Shown one piece after another: positions 30,121-39,961 of a stretch of 64,000 bases of DNA (the first letter of the stretch is position 1; the number at the start of each line of letters is the position of its first letter). The notes under the pieces were generated by a model. The model was not told where the DNA came from. It was given only the letters and a program-made list of their open reading frames with translations, and ran no database searches. The DNA lies in contig CBFIJH010000005.1 in assembly GCA_965662895.1 (NCBI GenBank), forward strand, positions 32,001 to 96,000. Reading direction: 5' to 3'. The stretch comes from Candidatus Poseidoniaceae archaeon. Its GTDB lineage: Archaea; Thermoplasmatota; Poseidoniia; Poseidoniales; Poseidoniaceae. The position numbers and the translations under genes are program-made.

Positions 30121-30651
30121 CTATTGTGCCGTTTCCCACAAATCAAGAACTTCTTGCGGTTCTTCCAGCATACCGACCTTTGTCGCAGTGATGTAACCTT
30201 CAGCATTGACGAACATCACTGTGCCTGGAGAAGTGATGTCAAGTTCGAGCCCTGGTTCAACACCTTTCATGAACGCATAGGTTGTGAGTGTGACGCCTGT
30301 ATCGCCAGATTCGTCATCGAAGGCGTTGGCTGATTCATGCCAATCTTGGAGTGTAATGCCGCTGGCGTTTTCAGCAGGATCTGTGGACATGACAAGTACA
30401 GGAAGTTCAGGAAGCGCTTCCCAAATTGTGAACATCGATGTGTGACATGGGTTGTTGCACCACTCTGCTGAGAACATGACAATATATGGAGAACCCGCCA
30501 TCTTTGCTTTGTTGTAGGTTTCATTGTCGTCTGCAACACTTGAAAATTGAGGGAAGACCTTCAGTTCTTCAGTTTCTTCGGATGTACATCCAGCAAAGCC
30601 TGTTGAAATCAACAGCAGTACGACCAAAATGGTGAGGTTTGATTTCATCAT
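30121..30651 (-). CDS. Thioredoxin-fold lipoprotein
   Basis: Lipobox FAGC; FSAEWCNNPC; PGTVMFVNAEG. Confidence 0.7.
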   Translation of the reverse strand: MMKSNLTILVVLLLISTGFAGCTSEETEELKVFPQFSSVADDNETYNKAKMAGSPYIVMFSAEWCNNPCHTSMFTIWEALPELPVLVMSTDPAENASGITLQDWHESANAFDDESGDTGVTLTTYAFMKGVEPGLELDITSPGTVMFVNAEGYITATKVGMLEEPQEVLDLWETAQ

Positions 30652-30735
30652 GTATCCTTCTCCGTCCGGTGCTATTGAAATGTTTTCCCTATAGGTTTCG
30701 CAAAAACCCAAATACGGCAGGCCATATCCTGAGGC

Positions 30736-31809
30736 ATGAAACATCGGGTGCTGCTGGTTGGTCTCGTTGTTTTCTGCCTGGTTCAACCCATGGCCCATGC
30801 TGAAGATTCGTCCTACGAATGTACCGCAGGCGACTCGACCGAAGACCGAGTTGGTTGCCTCGACTCGGATGGAGATGGTTGGTCCGATCCAGATTCAAAC
30901 TGGAACGAATCGATGGGTGCCGATGCGTTTCCAAACAATGCTTCTGAGCATCGAGATCTTGACGGAGACGGTCTAGGTGATGGCATCGATTCAGACATGG
31001 ACGGCGATGGCTCCAACGATGATGTAGATTTGTGGCCAGAAGATGCAGGCATTTGGTCAGATTCCGACGGAGATGGATACGCAGATCAAGGCTTGCATTC
31101 ACTTTCTGACAATTGTCCATTCATCTATGGAAAGAGCAAGATTCGTCTTATTGGGTGCTCCGACATTGATGGAGATTTCATGCCGGATGAATACGATGAT
31201 GATGCAGACGGTGATGGAATTCGAAATGAAATGGAACGTGCAGCATCCTCGGGAACAATCCTCTACGACCCCTACAATGCAGAATCAACCCCTCTCGATA
31301 CGGACCGAGATACACTTCCCGATGTCCTCGATGATGACAACGATAACGATGGCTGGCCGGATGATGTCGAACTCGATCGTGGTTCTGGTATCTATGATGC
31401 TGATTCAACTCCGTTCAACATGTACATGGGGGTGGAGACAGGATTCTTTTATCGCGGCGGTTTGAATGCAGACTCATTCACGAGCGAATACGATCCTGAG
31501 AGTTTCGAAATCTCTCTGTCTGCACTAAGTGAAATTGTGTTTGAGGAATTGGTGATACCTCTTCTTCTTGTTCCGATTTATTTTGCTGTCTTTTTCGCTC
31601 GACGTGGTGAATTCCGAAATTGTCTGAAGAAAATTGAGTCCGCTTCGACATCCAATGAACTCATTGAACTTGAGAAAATTGTCAATTCGATGGTAAAGGA
31701 AAAGAGAATCAAGGTTTATCATGGGCTTGTTTTGAGAAATGCATTGGAAGAAAAGGAATCCGAGTTTGGCTCTGAACCTCAATATGAAGCCAAATCAGAG
31801 GAAGAATAA
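30736..31809 (+). CDS. Thrombospondin type-3 (Ca-binding) repeat membrane protein
   Basis: Signal peptide; DSDGDGWSD, DAFP and DDDNDNDG repeats; late TM helix. Confidence 0.8.
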   Translation: MKHRVLLVGLVVFCLVQPMAHAEDSSYECTAGDSTEDRVGCLDSDGDGWSDPDSNWNESMGADAFPNNASEHRDLDGDGLGDGIDSDMDGDGSNDDVDLWPEDAGIWSDSDGDGYADQGLHSLSDNCPFIYGKSKIRLIGCSDIDGDFMPDEYDDDADGDGIRNEMERAASSGTILYDPYNAESTPLDTDRDTLPDVLDDDNDNDGWPDDVELDRGSGIYDADSTPFNMYMGVETGFFYRGGLNADSFTSEYDPESFEISLSALSEIVFEELVIPLLLVPIYFAVFFARRGEFRNCLKKIESASTSNELIELEKIVNSMVKEKRIKVYHGLVLRNALEEKESEFGSEPQYEAKSEEE

Positions 31810-31813
31810 TCCT

Positions 31814-32173
31814 TCATATCCAAACATCGTTGGATGCGGTGAGATTGCTTTCAGCATCTCCAGTGTTGACAACACCTCGAGGTTCAATCAGCATAATTTT
31901 GCATTCTGCTTTTGCATAAGGGCGATGTCGTACACCCTTTGGAACAACGTACATTTCACCAGCATTCAACTCCATTGTTTCGGACTCAAATTCAATGAAC
32001 AATGTCCCTTCAATGACGTAAAAGAATTCATCCGTATCCGAGTGATTGTGCCAGACAAAATCACCCTCAACCTTGGCAATCTTGATTTGATAATCGTTCA
32101 ATTCGCTGATGATTTTTGGTGTCCAGAGTTCATTGAACAAAGCAAATTTTTCATCCAAATTAATCTTCTTCAT
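31814..32173 (-). CDS. Cupin domain protein
   Basis: GDFVWHNHSDTDEFFYVIEG, VVPKGVRHRP. Confidence 0.88.
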   Translation of the reverse strand: MKKINLDEKFALFNELWTPKIISELNDYQIKIAKVEGDFVWHNHSDTDEFFYVIEGTLFIEFESETMELNAGEMYVVPKGVRHRPYAKAECKIMLIEPRGVVNTGDAESNLTASNDVWI

Positions 32174-32294
32174 GTCATTATCTCGTACACTATACTATTG
32201 AAAAACTTTCCAGACTCGATTCAGATTCGACTCTCTTACATTTCTTTTCTTTGAGCCAATATTCATCCAACGATGTGGATTAAGTTAGAATACT

Positions 32295-32309
32295 GGGTGT
32301 GAATTACCC
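32295..32309. promoter_or_regulatory. Candidate operator copy 1 (GGGTGTGAATTACCC)
   Basis: Imperfect inverted repeat just before the HTH start; reverse complement GGGTAATTCACACCC resembles copy 2. Confidence 0.4.
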
Positions 32310-32314
32310 TCTAT

Positions 32315-32659
32315 ATGGAACGCAGGCGTCGAGACCTCTCCGTGACCATCTACCGTATCCTCTTGTACCTCTCCAGAATGCGAGAACGCGATGCTGAATC
32401 AAAGCGCTTGATGCGTATTGAACGGGCAACAGGTATTGAACGTAAGGAGTTGAAAATCCACCTTGAGAAACTCGTTGATGCGGGCTACGTCAAACAAATT
32501 GACTCAGATAAGAAAGGACGGGGAGGTCACCCTATTGTTACCTATGACATTTTAGAATCCGGCCGAAGTTTACGTAGTGACATAGGCCGATGGATCGATT
32601 TAGGGATTCGAATGAAATACTATCCAGACAATTTTTTCTATCTTCCGAGTGATGCCTGA
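32315..32659 (+). CDS. Winged-helix DNA-binding protein
   Basis: RRRRD..IYRIL, IERATGIERKELKIHLEKLVDAGYV, wing YDILESG. Confidence 0.75.
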   Translation: MERRRRDLSVTIYRILLYLSRMRERDAESKRLMRIERATGIERKELKIHLEKLVDAGYVKQIDSDKKGRGGHPIVTYDILESGRSLRSDIGRWIDLGIRMKYYPDNFFYLPSDA

Positions 32660-32663
32660 TAGC

Positions 32664-32677
32664 GGGTAATTTAACCC
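32664..32677. promoter_or_regulatory. Candidate operator copy 2 (GGGTAATTTAACCC), upstream of a TTTATAT box at about 32698
   Basis: Near-palindrome between the HTH gene and the small-protein operon. Confidence 0.4.
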
Positions 32678-32726
32678 CCTAAGAAAACCCTCCTTTGTTT
32701 ATATCCATTAGGGCTATCCCAAAATC

Positions 32727-33002
32727 ATGTCCGGAAAGAAAGCCGTAGACAAGGTCAGCAAAGGACTCGGTTCCTTAATCGATGAATTTGCTTCAGCCGT
32801 CAAAGAGATGGTGAACGCTGGAGAAGAAACCGTTGTTCATCTAGCAGTTGGCTCAAGCCGAGTCATCAAGGCTGCCATCGATGCGACAGGTGAAGTGACT
32901 AAGATCACCGTAGAAACCGCTGGCAACGTTGTCGGTTCGGTGGCACAAGGTGTGAAGAACGTCGTCGGTTCAAACGGGCAAAAAAAAGGTGAAGAAGAAT
33001 GA
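32727..33002 (+). CDS. Amphipathic-helix small protein (91 aa)
   Basis: Rich in V/G/A/K/E with one aromatic residue; repeated TGEVTK..VETAGNVVGSVAQGVKNVVG pattern. Confidence 0.75.
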   Translation: MSGKKAVDKVSKGLGSLIDEFASAVKEMVNAGEETVVHLAVGSSRVIKAAIDATGEVTKITVETAGNVVGSVAQGVKNVVGSNGQKKGEEE

Positions 33003-33178
33003 TAGGAAGATTGTTTGCAGCTACAATTGTTGCAGGAACTGTTGGACTAATGGCTGGCGTTGCATCAAGCACATTCCGCCATTATTATCGAAAGCATGCT
33101 GAGTTTGAGGACCTAAAGAACGATTCCATCCAGGAAGTCGTTGTCGTCACTGAATTCGTTGAAGGGGTGGAAGAATGA
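32999..33178 (+). CDS. Unannotated 59-aa Gly/Ala-rich single-TM microprotein
   Basis: MIGRLFAATIVAGTVGLMAGVASSTFRHYYRKHAEFEDLKNDSIQEVVVVTEFVEGVEE; ATGA overlap; SD AGGTGA. Confidence 0.75.
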   Translation: MIGRLFAATIVAGTVGLMAGVASSTFRHYYRKHAEFEDLKNDSIQEVVVVTEFVEGVEE

Positions 33179-33348
33179 TTCCAGTTATTGTTGGTGGACT
33201 TGCAGTTGTCTCAGCAACGCTCAATGTTATGGCTGGAGCAGCAGCAATGGGCTCAGGATACGGAATCGGTCGCAAGTATGGTCGAAAGGTCTGTGAAGCT
33301 CTCGATGGCCTCGATTCAAACATGAAGAACATCCTCAAGAATGAATGA
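33175..33348 (+). CDS. Unannotated 57-aa glycine-zipper-like microprotein
   Basis: MIPVIVGGLAVVSATLNVMAGAAAMGSGYGIGRKYGRKVCEALDGLDSNMKNILKNE; ATGA overlap; SD GGGGTGG. Confidence 0.75.
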   Translation: MIPVIVGGLAVVSATLNVMAGAAAMGSGYGIGRKYGRKVCEALDGLDSNMKNILKNE

Positions 33349-33389
33349 GTTTAGCGATTTATTCATGAATCGTAGGGGGATGGGCAATT

Positions 33390-34202
33390 GTGTCTGACCC
33401 ACTCCAAATCCCTTCCTTTCCGCCAGAAGGACCTTGGGAAATGTACGTTCTCGTACTGATCTGGTTACCATTTCTGTTCAGAACATTGTTGCTTACCAGA
33501 CCATTGTATCGAGTCATCAAGAAATTCGCTCCTCATGGAGGGTGGGCTATTCGGCAACTACGCGAATTACCGATCAAAGGACTCTCAATTCTGGTTCTCA
33601 ATGAATCTCTAGCATTTATGCTACCACCATTGACTGTTATCCTCTTCAGATTGAGGTTTGATCCAATCGGTTGGGATACTTGGGGAGAAGCAGGTTTCCT
33701 TGGATTTCTTCTTCTCTTGATTTTCTTCTCATTGTGGATTGTTTTTGATGCATTTAGAATTTTTCGGGTTCGAAGAATGCTGATATCTGTTGATCGATAC
33801 GATGTTGACAAATTGAAGAAAATCGCAGACGTAGGGATCAAAACTCGAAGATTTTTCAGGCGATTCTCAAGGAAAGAAACTGAGGATGGAGATGAAACAA
33901 CGGCAGTTGATGCTGCCTCTCGAGTTGGTAAACGAAGCGCAAAGGTGTGGGGACTTCGTGTACTGAAGATGCGGAAATTGAGCCCTGCTGGATTGCTTAG
34001 TTCAGTAGCTGTTGGGGCAGCAATCGAGGCTGCAAGGGCAGGAGCAGGAAAAGTGTCTGATATCATCGATGAAAAAATGCAGGAAGAATTTGACAAAGTG
34101 GCAAAAACAAGCACAAAGTCACTCCTGATTCTCTTCTTGAGAGATTTAGCGATGGCAGTATCCCCTTTGTTACTGTTCGCCGTTCTACCAATCATCCTTT
34201 GA
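33390..34202 (+). CDS. Hypothetical multi-pass membrane protein
   Basis: Three N-terminal TMs, basic and Ala/Gly-rich helical region, C-terminal TM. Confidence 0.7.
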   Translation: MSDPLQIPSFPPEGPWEMYVLVLIWLPFLFRTLLLTRPLYRVIKKFAPHGGWAIRQLRELPIKGLSILVLNESLAFMLPPLTVILFRLRFDPIGWDTWGEAGFLGFLLLLIFFSLWIVFDAFRIFRVRRMLISVDRYDVDKLKKIADVGIKTRRFFRRFSRKETEDGDETTAVDAASRVGKRSAKVWGLRVLKMRKLSPAGLLSSVAVGAAIEAARAGAGKVSDIIDEKMQEEFDKVAKTSTKSLLILFLRDLAMAVSPLLLFAVLPIIL

Positions 34203-34250
34203 CCGATGCACAATAGAAAGAACTTAGGAATCAGCGTCGCTGTATGAGTC

Positions 34251-34793
34251 ATGTCCCAACTGACAACGGGTGACCTGGCACCTACGCTTTCCTTACCAGC
34301 GATCGATGGCTCAACTTTCAACATGGCCGAAATGAAAGGAAAACGTGTTATTCTGACGTTTTTTAGGTTCTCATCGTGCCCATTGTGCAACATGCGCATT
34401 CGCCGCATTATCCAACGATGGGATGAGTTCTCTGAGGATACCGTCATGGTCGCAGTTTTTGATGCGAAGATCGGGGAACTTCAGAAACGAATGCGAAAGC
34501 ACAATGCTCCTTTTGTTGTGGTTGCTGATGAGACGTATGAGCATTTTCAAAACAACGGTGTCAAAAAGTCGTTTTTCAAATTCTTGTGGGGAGCGATGCG
34601 TTCGCCATTGACACTGCTGCAAGCTACATTGAGAGGCTATGTTCCGCTGACTCTATCCATCTCCAAGTTATCAACCATTCCTGTTGACATTCTTATCGAT
34701 GAAGAAGGCACCGTCGTTGAGGCTCATTATTGCAAGGACACTGCAGACCATCTTCCACTTGAGAAAATGATTGCTTTTTCCAACGGTGCGTAG
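34251..34793 (+). CDS. AhpC/TSA-family redoxin
   Basis: GDLAP, FFRFSSCPLC, PVDILIDEEG. Confidence 0.82.
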   Translation: MSQLTTGDLAPTLSLPAIDGSTFNMAEMKGKRVILTFFRFSSCPLCNMRIRRIIQRWDEFSEDTVMVAVFDAKIGELQKRMRKHNAPFVVVADETYEHFQNNGVKKSFFKFLWGAMRSPLTLLQATLRGYVPLTLSISKLSTIPVDILIDEEGTVVEAHYCKDTADHLPLEKMIAFSNGA

Positions 34794-34870
34794 AACCACA
34801 TTCTTTAGATAATTGTTCGATTTAGTCTTGAGCAGCCACACCCGTGAAGTGAAGCAATTGGAGGGATTGA

Positions 34871-35833
34871 ATGAGAAATCGAGGGAAGATTCTTTTTGTT
34901 ATTTTTTCTCTTTTTTCTGTTTCACTTTCCGGGTGCATTGAAACTTCAGGAGTCCCAAAAACGGAATCGCAAGGCGAATCATTGGCCGAAGTCGCAAATC
35001 CATGTCTGATACCGACTGAATCAAATCTCCAATCTATGATTGGAATTACCGTTGACGGAGAGGAACGACTCTTCAGATTGTCCGTCCCAAATTCAGATGC
35101 TGGGACCAAGCTCCCAATCATCATTGCATTCCATGGCGGAGATGGGGCAAACGAAGACTTCCAGCAACAAAACGAATTCGACCAATTGGGTGAACAGGAG
35201 AAGTTCATCATGGCTTATGCTATTGCAGAAAGCGACCGAACTGCAGCAGAAGGCGAATGGTTCCTCAACACGGCGGCGACGTCGAGAGAAGACAACAACT
35301 TCGCAGAGGCCATCGTTGATGAATTGTCCAATGTCTTTTGTGTTGACCAAGACCGATTGTATGCCATTGGATATTCATTGGGATCGATGTTCACGTACGA
35401 AGTTGCTTGTCAACTCAATGACCGATTTGCAGCAGTTGCGTCGTTTGCGGGTACAATGCCAGTAAGCCCAGAATCATGCAGTTTGGCAGGTTCAATGGCA
35501 GTTCTTCACATCCACGGTAAACTTGACTACATCATCGATTATGATGAGGATTGGGATTGGAAAGATGGTGAACATGAAGGGGTTGGAACCATGAGTAATG
35601 TACCCGGTATGATCGATTTCTGGGCTCAAAAGTCAAATTGTCAGGATGAGAGTACCCCTTCTCACCTCTTTGGTGGCGATGATGTCGAACACATTGTTCA
35701 CTCCGATTGTCTCGGAAACGTACGTATTGAACACTATGGAATGGAAGCGCACGAACATACATGGCCCAGTCAAGTGGATGGAACAGATACCTACCGACTG
35801 ATGTGGAATTTCTTGAGCGATTTTACGAATTGA
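34871..35833 (+). CDS. LpqC/PHB-depolymerase-like esterase lipoprotein
   Basis: Lipobox LSGC; IAFHGG, GYSLG nucleophile, IHGKLD, HTWP. Confidence 0.8.
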   Translation: MRNRGKILFVIFSLFSVSLSGCIETSGVPKTESQGESLAEVANPCLIPTESNLQSMIGITVDGEERLFRLSVPNSDAGTKLPIIIAFHGGDGANEDFQQQNEFDQLGEQEKFIMAYAIAESDRTAAEGEWFLNTAATSREDNNFAEAIVDELSNVFCVDQDRLYAIGYSLGSMFTYEVACQLNDRFAAVASFAGTMPVSPESCSLAGSMAVLHIHGKLDYIIDYDEDWDWKDGEHEGVGTMSNVPGMIDFWAQKSNCQDESTPSHLFGGDDVEHIVHSDCLGNVRIEHYGMEAHEHTWPSQVDGTDTYRLMWNFLSDFTN

Positions 35834-35929
35834 TCTTGTTCTATATTCACCCAGTAGCGTCCGTATCGACCAACTAAATCCCCTTTGTATTCCCCCTCAT
35901 GACAAGGGTAGCCTCTGAAAATTCCATGA

Positions 35930-36172
35930 CTAGACTATGCTCAACCCTTCAAGGGTTAACCAAACGCCGAGAGTCAGGAAGAGAATGATCATGCTCGCGA
36001 AAAAGATTGGACCTTCGGAAGCAGAAACCCATCGGCCGCCTTTGTTTGTCCAATTTTGTTTCCAAAACCCACCTTTGACGAATAGACCGTATGCAAGATA
36101 TGCAAGAAGGACCAAACCCGAAATCAGAGGTTCTGAATGTATCTCCATGACTTCTATCCATCCCATTCCCAA
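35930..36172 (-). CDS. Small 2-TM membrane protein
   Basis: Two hydrophobic helices around a Trp-rich loop. Confidence 0.55.
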   Translation of the reverse strand: MGMGWIEVMEIHSEPLISGLVLLAYLAYGLFVKGGFWKQNWTNKGGRWVSASEGPIFFASMIILFLTLGVWLTLEGLSIV

Positions 36173-36269
36173 AATAACTTTTGCCAGGAATTGAGCATCA
36201 ATTCTGTTTGTTATATTGCATCACTGCATTTGAACAACCCTATTTACAACAAATTGCGTTATCCATACC

Positions 36270-37133
36270 ATGCGTCGTCGGGGTATTCACGAGGTTTTTC
36301 TCGGTTCATCGACGGATGCCCTTTTGAGACGTCTAGCGGTTAATGCTGCAATTGTTGGGTTCTTGCTCCATCTCTTGTGTTGTGTACTTTACGATGTAGG
36401 CGTTCTCAAAGAATCTGGAATCGAGACGTTCGTTGACTCGTATCTTGATGCCTTGTACACACCGTTTTCAATTATTCTTGCTTACGAAGTGTACGAACTC
36501 ATTCGAGCGATTCCGGAATCGTTCTCGAACTCCATTGGTAAGCAATTTGAAGTCGTTACGCTTCTTGTTGTTCGCGACATCTTCAAGAATTTGGCGGATC
36601 TTGGCGCATCCGAAGATGTCTCCATCGACGCTGATGTTGCCTTTATTGCAATGGAAGCTGTTGCCTTCGTTGTGCTCTTCGGAACGGCGTTGTATTTCCG
36701 TTCAACAACCGCAACTTCGAAAACTCCCCGGCTTCAAGACGACTCTGTTCAAACATTTGTTCAGCAAAAGAAGCATCTCGCATGTGCACTGGTCGCTGTG
36801 TATGTCCTCGTTGCTTTGTATTCCTTTACGACATGGTTGACAGGTGTCATTGATGGTGAAGCAGGTTTGAGCAGGACGGTGTTCTTCTCGGATTTCTTCA
36901 CGTGGCTGATCGTTTCAGACATCGTAATTTTGTTGGTCTCGTATCGGCACATTACCGATTTTCCTCAACTTGCTCGCAATACTGGATTTATTCTTTCGAC
37001 CGTGATTATACGTGTTGGAATTGGAATCCCTGGCTTTACTGGAGCCATTCTGTTCATTCTTTCTGCAGCACTTGCATCTTGCGTTCTCCGATTAAGCTTC
37101 CACTCTTCTCCCTTCGTCGAGTCAGAAGAATAA
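36270..37133 (+). CDS. Hypothetical multi-pass membrane protein
   Basis: About 7 TM helices; YTPFSIILAYEVY, IGKQFEVV and RNTGFILST segments. Confidence 0.7.
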   Translation: MRRRGIHEVFLGSSTDALLRRLAVNAAIVGFLLHLLCCVLYDVGVLKESGIETFVDSYLDALYTPFSIILAYEVYELIRAIPESFSNSIGKQFEVVTLLVVRDIFKNLADLGASEDVSIDADVAFIAMEAVAFVVLFGTALYFRSTTATSKTPRLQDDSVQTFVQQKKHLACALVAVYVLVALYSFTTWLTGVIDGEAGLSRTVFFSDFFTWLIVSDIVILLVSYRHITDFPQLARNTGFILSTVIIRVGIGIPGFTGAILFILSAALASCVLRLSFHSSPFVESEE

Positions 37134-37207
37134 CTGCATTCATGAGAGCAACTCAAGTTTGCACTGACTTGGCAACATATCATATGTGTGAAATTTGAGG
37201 TCCTGTT

Positions 37208-39931
37208 ATGCTGAAGCAACGGACCGTTGTGTTAACACTCTTGTTGCTTCTTACCTTCGTTCCGTCCTATGCGACTGAAGGGACTGAAGATGAAATTGTT
37301 GAAAAGTTCGGTGTTGGATTCGATGAAGTAACCATTGCAGATTCCTCGGACTATCTCAACGATCCGCGAGATTTGGAATTCCATCCAGGTCGCGCCAATG
37401 AGTTGTGGATCGCCAATCGAGCGACAGACAGCATTACCATCGTTGAAAACACGGGATTGTCGAATCAAACCTCTCAAAATCGAGCAGATTCAAACAGGAA
37501 TCATTTCTTGGAAGAAGTGAGTGCGATTTCCTTCGGCGCCTATCATCCTGAATTCGATTGGCAATGGGGTTCTGCCCAAGAAACTGGAAACACCTACTGC
37601 GGTCAAGCCCCTGCGAATTATTTCATGGGTCCGACTCTTTGGCCATCATCGTTGAATCATTTTGCTGTTGAGAACCAAAACAACGGCAATGGGCTCCTTG
37701 GTAGCCACATCGATATGAACCATGAATCGCCATTCGGTGTTGGGATTGCACACGATTATGACAACGTTTACTGGTACAACGATGGCTACTACGGCGAACT
37801 GGTTCGATACGATTTCAAAGAAGATCACGATACGGGCCAAGACGATCATTCCGATGCTGTCGTGCGTCGTTACACGGAAATTAGTCTCACACACTTCTAC
37901 GGTATTCCAGGCCACATGGTGATGGACAAATCGAATGGAATGCTTTACATCGCAGACGCTGGAGCAAACCGTGTTCTTTGGGTCAATACTGACGATACGA
38001 CAACCACATCGACCAATATCATGGACGATGCCTCGCGATTGGAACCGCTTGCAGAGTACTCAGAAATCACCGACGTTGAATGGGGGGTTCTTGCAACTGG
38101 ACTCAACCTCCCATCAGGAATAGCACTCGCAGACGGCCAGCTCTTTGTCTCAGAGAACGGGAACGGCAAGATTGTCGCTTACGAACTGGCTTCCGATGGA
38201 AAGAGCGCTGTTGAACTTGACGAAATCCAGACGACTGCTACGTCCATCATGGGATTGGAAGTTGGACCAAATGGACATCTCTACTATGTTGATAATGGTC
38301 AAGATAAGGTCGTTCGAATCGACCCTTACACCGATGAAGACGATGATGGTGTCGGCGATCAAGTCGACAATTGTCCGAGCATCGCAAATCCGTTGCAAGC
38401 CAACTTTGACAACGATTCAATGGGAGATGTTTGCGATTCCGATGACGACAATGACTCGGTGCTGGATGTTGACGACCAATGCATCCTCGGCCAACTCGAC
38501 TGGACGTCAACGATACTGAACGATCATGATGGAGACGGATGTCTCGATGCGACGGAAGACTTGGATGATGACAACGATGGTGTTGCTGATCCCTCCGACC
38601 TATGCTCCACAGGTGACTTGGGATGGACCTCATCACCCTCAACCGATTACGATGGGGATGGATGCCAGGATGCACTGGAGGATGTTGATGATGACAACGA
38701 CAGAGTTTGCGATGCAAGTGATCTGAGCAGCTCTTGGGCTTGTACACCATCGACTGCGAACGTCGATCTCTGCCCTCAAAGCTCTCTCGGTTTCTTCTCA
38801 AACAATCAAAACGACGTTGATGGTGACGGTTGTGAAGATGCCACTGAAGATACGGACGACGACAACGATGGTTTTGCTGATGACGTTGATGCTTGTCCAT
38901 TGGATGCAGGAACAAGTTCGCTTGGTTTTGTTGTTGGTTGCAGCGATTACGATTCCGATGGGTACAGTGATTCCATCGATTTGTTCCCGACAGAGTCGAC
39001 ACAGTGGTTGGATTCAGATGGTGATGGATACGGTGACAATCCAGATGGTTTCGAAGCAGACGCCTGCGCAAACGAATCAGGGCAGTCAACTGCGGATTCA
39101 TTTGGATGTCCCGATGCGGACGGTGACGGTTGGTCGAATCTCAACGATGCTTTCCCGAACGAAGTAACCCAACATTCTGATGAAGATGGTGATGGCTTTG
39201 GAGATGCCACGGACGGCTTTCAAGGGGACGACTGTCTCGGTGTTCCTGGAACATCAACAAAGGACTTCTTTGGATGCTTGGACCCGGATGGTGACGGATG
39301 GTCGGATTTGAACGATGCCTTCCCTCAAGAACCAACACAACATACTGACGCTGATGGAGATGGTTACGGTGATAATGCAGAGGGAAATCTTCCAGATAGT
39401 TGCCCAGAACTGTACGGTCTTTCTTCCATCGATCGGTATGGTTGTCCAGATAGCGATGGTGACGGGTGGGAGGATCGCTCCGATGCATACGTAAATGACG
39501 CTCGACTTTGGTCCGATAGAGATGGTGATGGCTATGCCGGCCAACAAGGAACAAATCTTTCCGATGATTGTCCTGAGACGTATGGCACATCAATTCTTGA
39601 TTTCCGAGGGTGCTTGGATTCTGATGGTGATGGCTGGTCCGATAAGACCGATGCGTATCCAAACGATGCGTCGAAGTATCTCGCTTCAGAAGAGGCACCA
39701 GAAGACAACGACTTCACGCTCCTAGGTCTTGGAATCGGAGTACTTGTTCTCGTGTTCCTCATGTTTGCTATCATGCGTAGGAAGACAACAGTAGAGCCAG
39801 AGTTTGGCTTCGCAGCCCCTCCAATTCCACAACCGCTTCCACGTGCACCGCCGCTTCCTCCAGAAGGCTTGCCAGCTGGTTGGACGATGGAGCAATGGAT
39901 GGTCTATGGCGAGGATTATCAAAAACCGTAA
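37208..39931 (+). CDS. Beta-propeller plus thrombospondin type-3 repeat surface protein with TM and Pro-rich tail
   Basis: NHL-like repeats, many GCPDxDGDGWxD and DAFP repeats, TM, PPLPPEGLPAGWTMEQW tail. Confidence 0.85.
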   Translation: MLKQRTVVLTLLLLLTFVPSYATEGTEDEIVEKFGVGFDEVTIADSSDYLNDPRDLEFHPGRANELWIANRATDSITIVENTGLSNQTSQNRADSNRNHFLEEVSAISFGAYHPEFDWQWGSAQETGNTYCGQAPANYFMGPTLWPSSLNHFAVENQNNGNGLLGSHIDMNHESPFGVGIAHDYDNVYWYNDGYYGELVRYDFKEDHDTGQDDHSDAVVRRYTEISLTHFYGIPGHMVMDKSNGMLYIADAGANRVLWVNTDDTTTTSTNIMDDASRLEPLAEYSEITDVEWGVLATGLNLPSGIALADGQLFVSENGNGKIVAYELASDGKSAVELDEIQTTATSIMGLEVGPNGHLYYVDNGQDKVVRIDPYTDEDDDGVGDQVDNCPSIANPLQANFDNDSMGDVCDSDDDNDSVLDVDDQCILGQLDWTSTILNDHDGDGCLDATEDLDDDNDGVADPSDLCSTGDLGWTSSPSTDYDGDGCQDALEDVDDDNDRVCDASDLSSSWACTPSTANVDLCPQSSLGFFSNNQNDVDGDGCEDATEDTDDDNDGFADDVDACPLDAGTSSLGFVVGCSDYDSDGYSDSIDLFPTESTQWLDSDGDGYGDNPDGFEADACANESGQSTADSFGCPDADGDGWSNLNDAFPNEVTQHSDEDGDGFGDATDGFQGDDCLGVPGTSTKDFFGCLDPDGDGWSDLNDAFPQEPTQHTDADGDGYGDNAEGNLPDSCPELYGLSSIDRYGCPDSDGDGWEDRSDAYVNDARLWSDRDGDGYAGQQGTNLSDDCPETYGTSILDFRGCLDSDGDGWSDKTDAYPNDASKYLASEEAPEDNDFTLLGLGIGVLVLVFLMFAIMRRKTTVEPEFGFAAPPIPQPLPRAPPLPPEGLPAGWTMEQWMVYGEDYQKP

Positions 39932-39961
39932 TTGCATCGAAACAAATCGATTATGACGATT

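Noticed and set aside
33533-34447. 304-aa minus-strand ORF and similar long antisense ORFs (e.g. 53427-54299, 38247-39101)
   Set aside because: Shadow frames of well-supported genes on the opposite strand, with no recognisable motifs
38330-39700. Repetitive gatggtgac-type DNA as a mobile or non-coding repeat
   Set aside because: Explained by coding DxDGDG thrombospondin type-3 repeats
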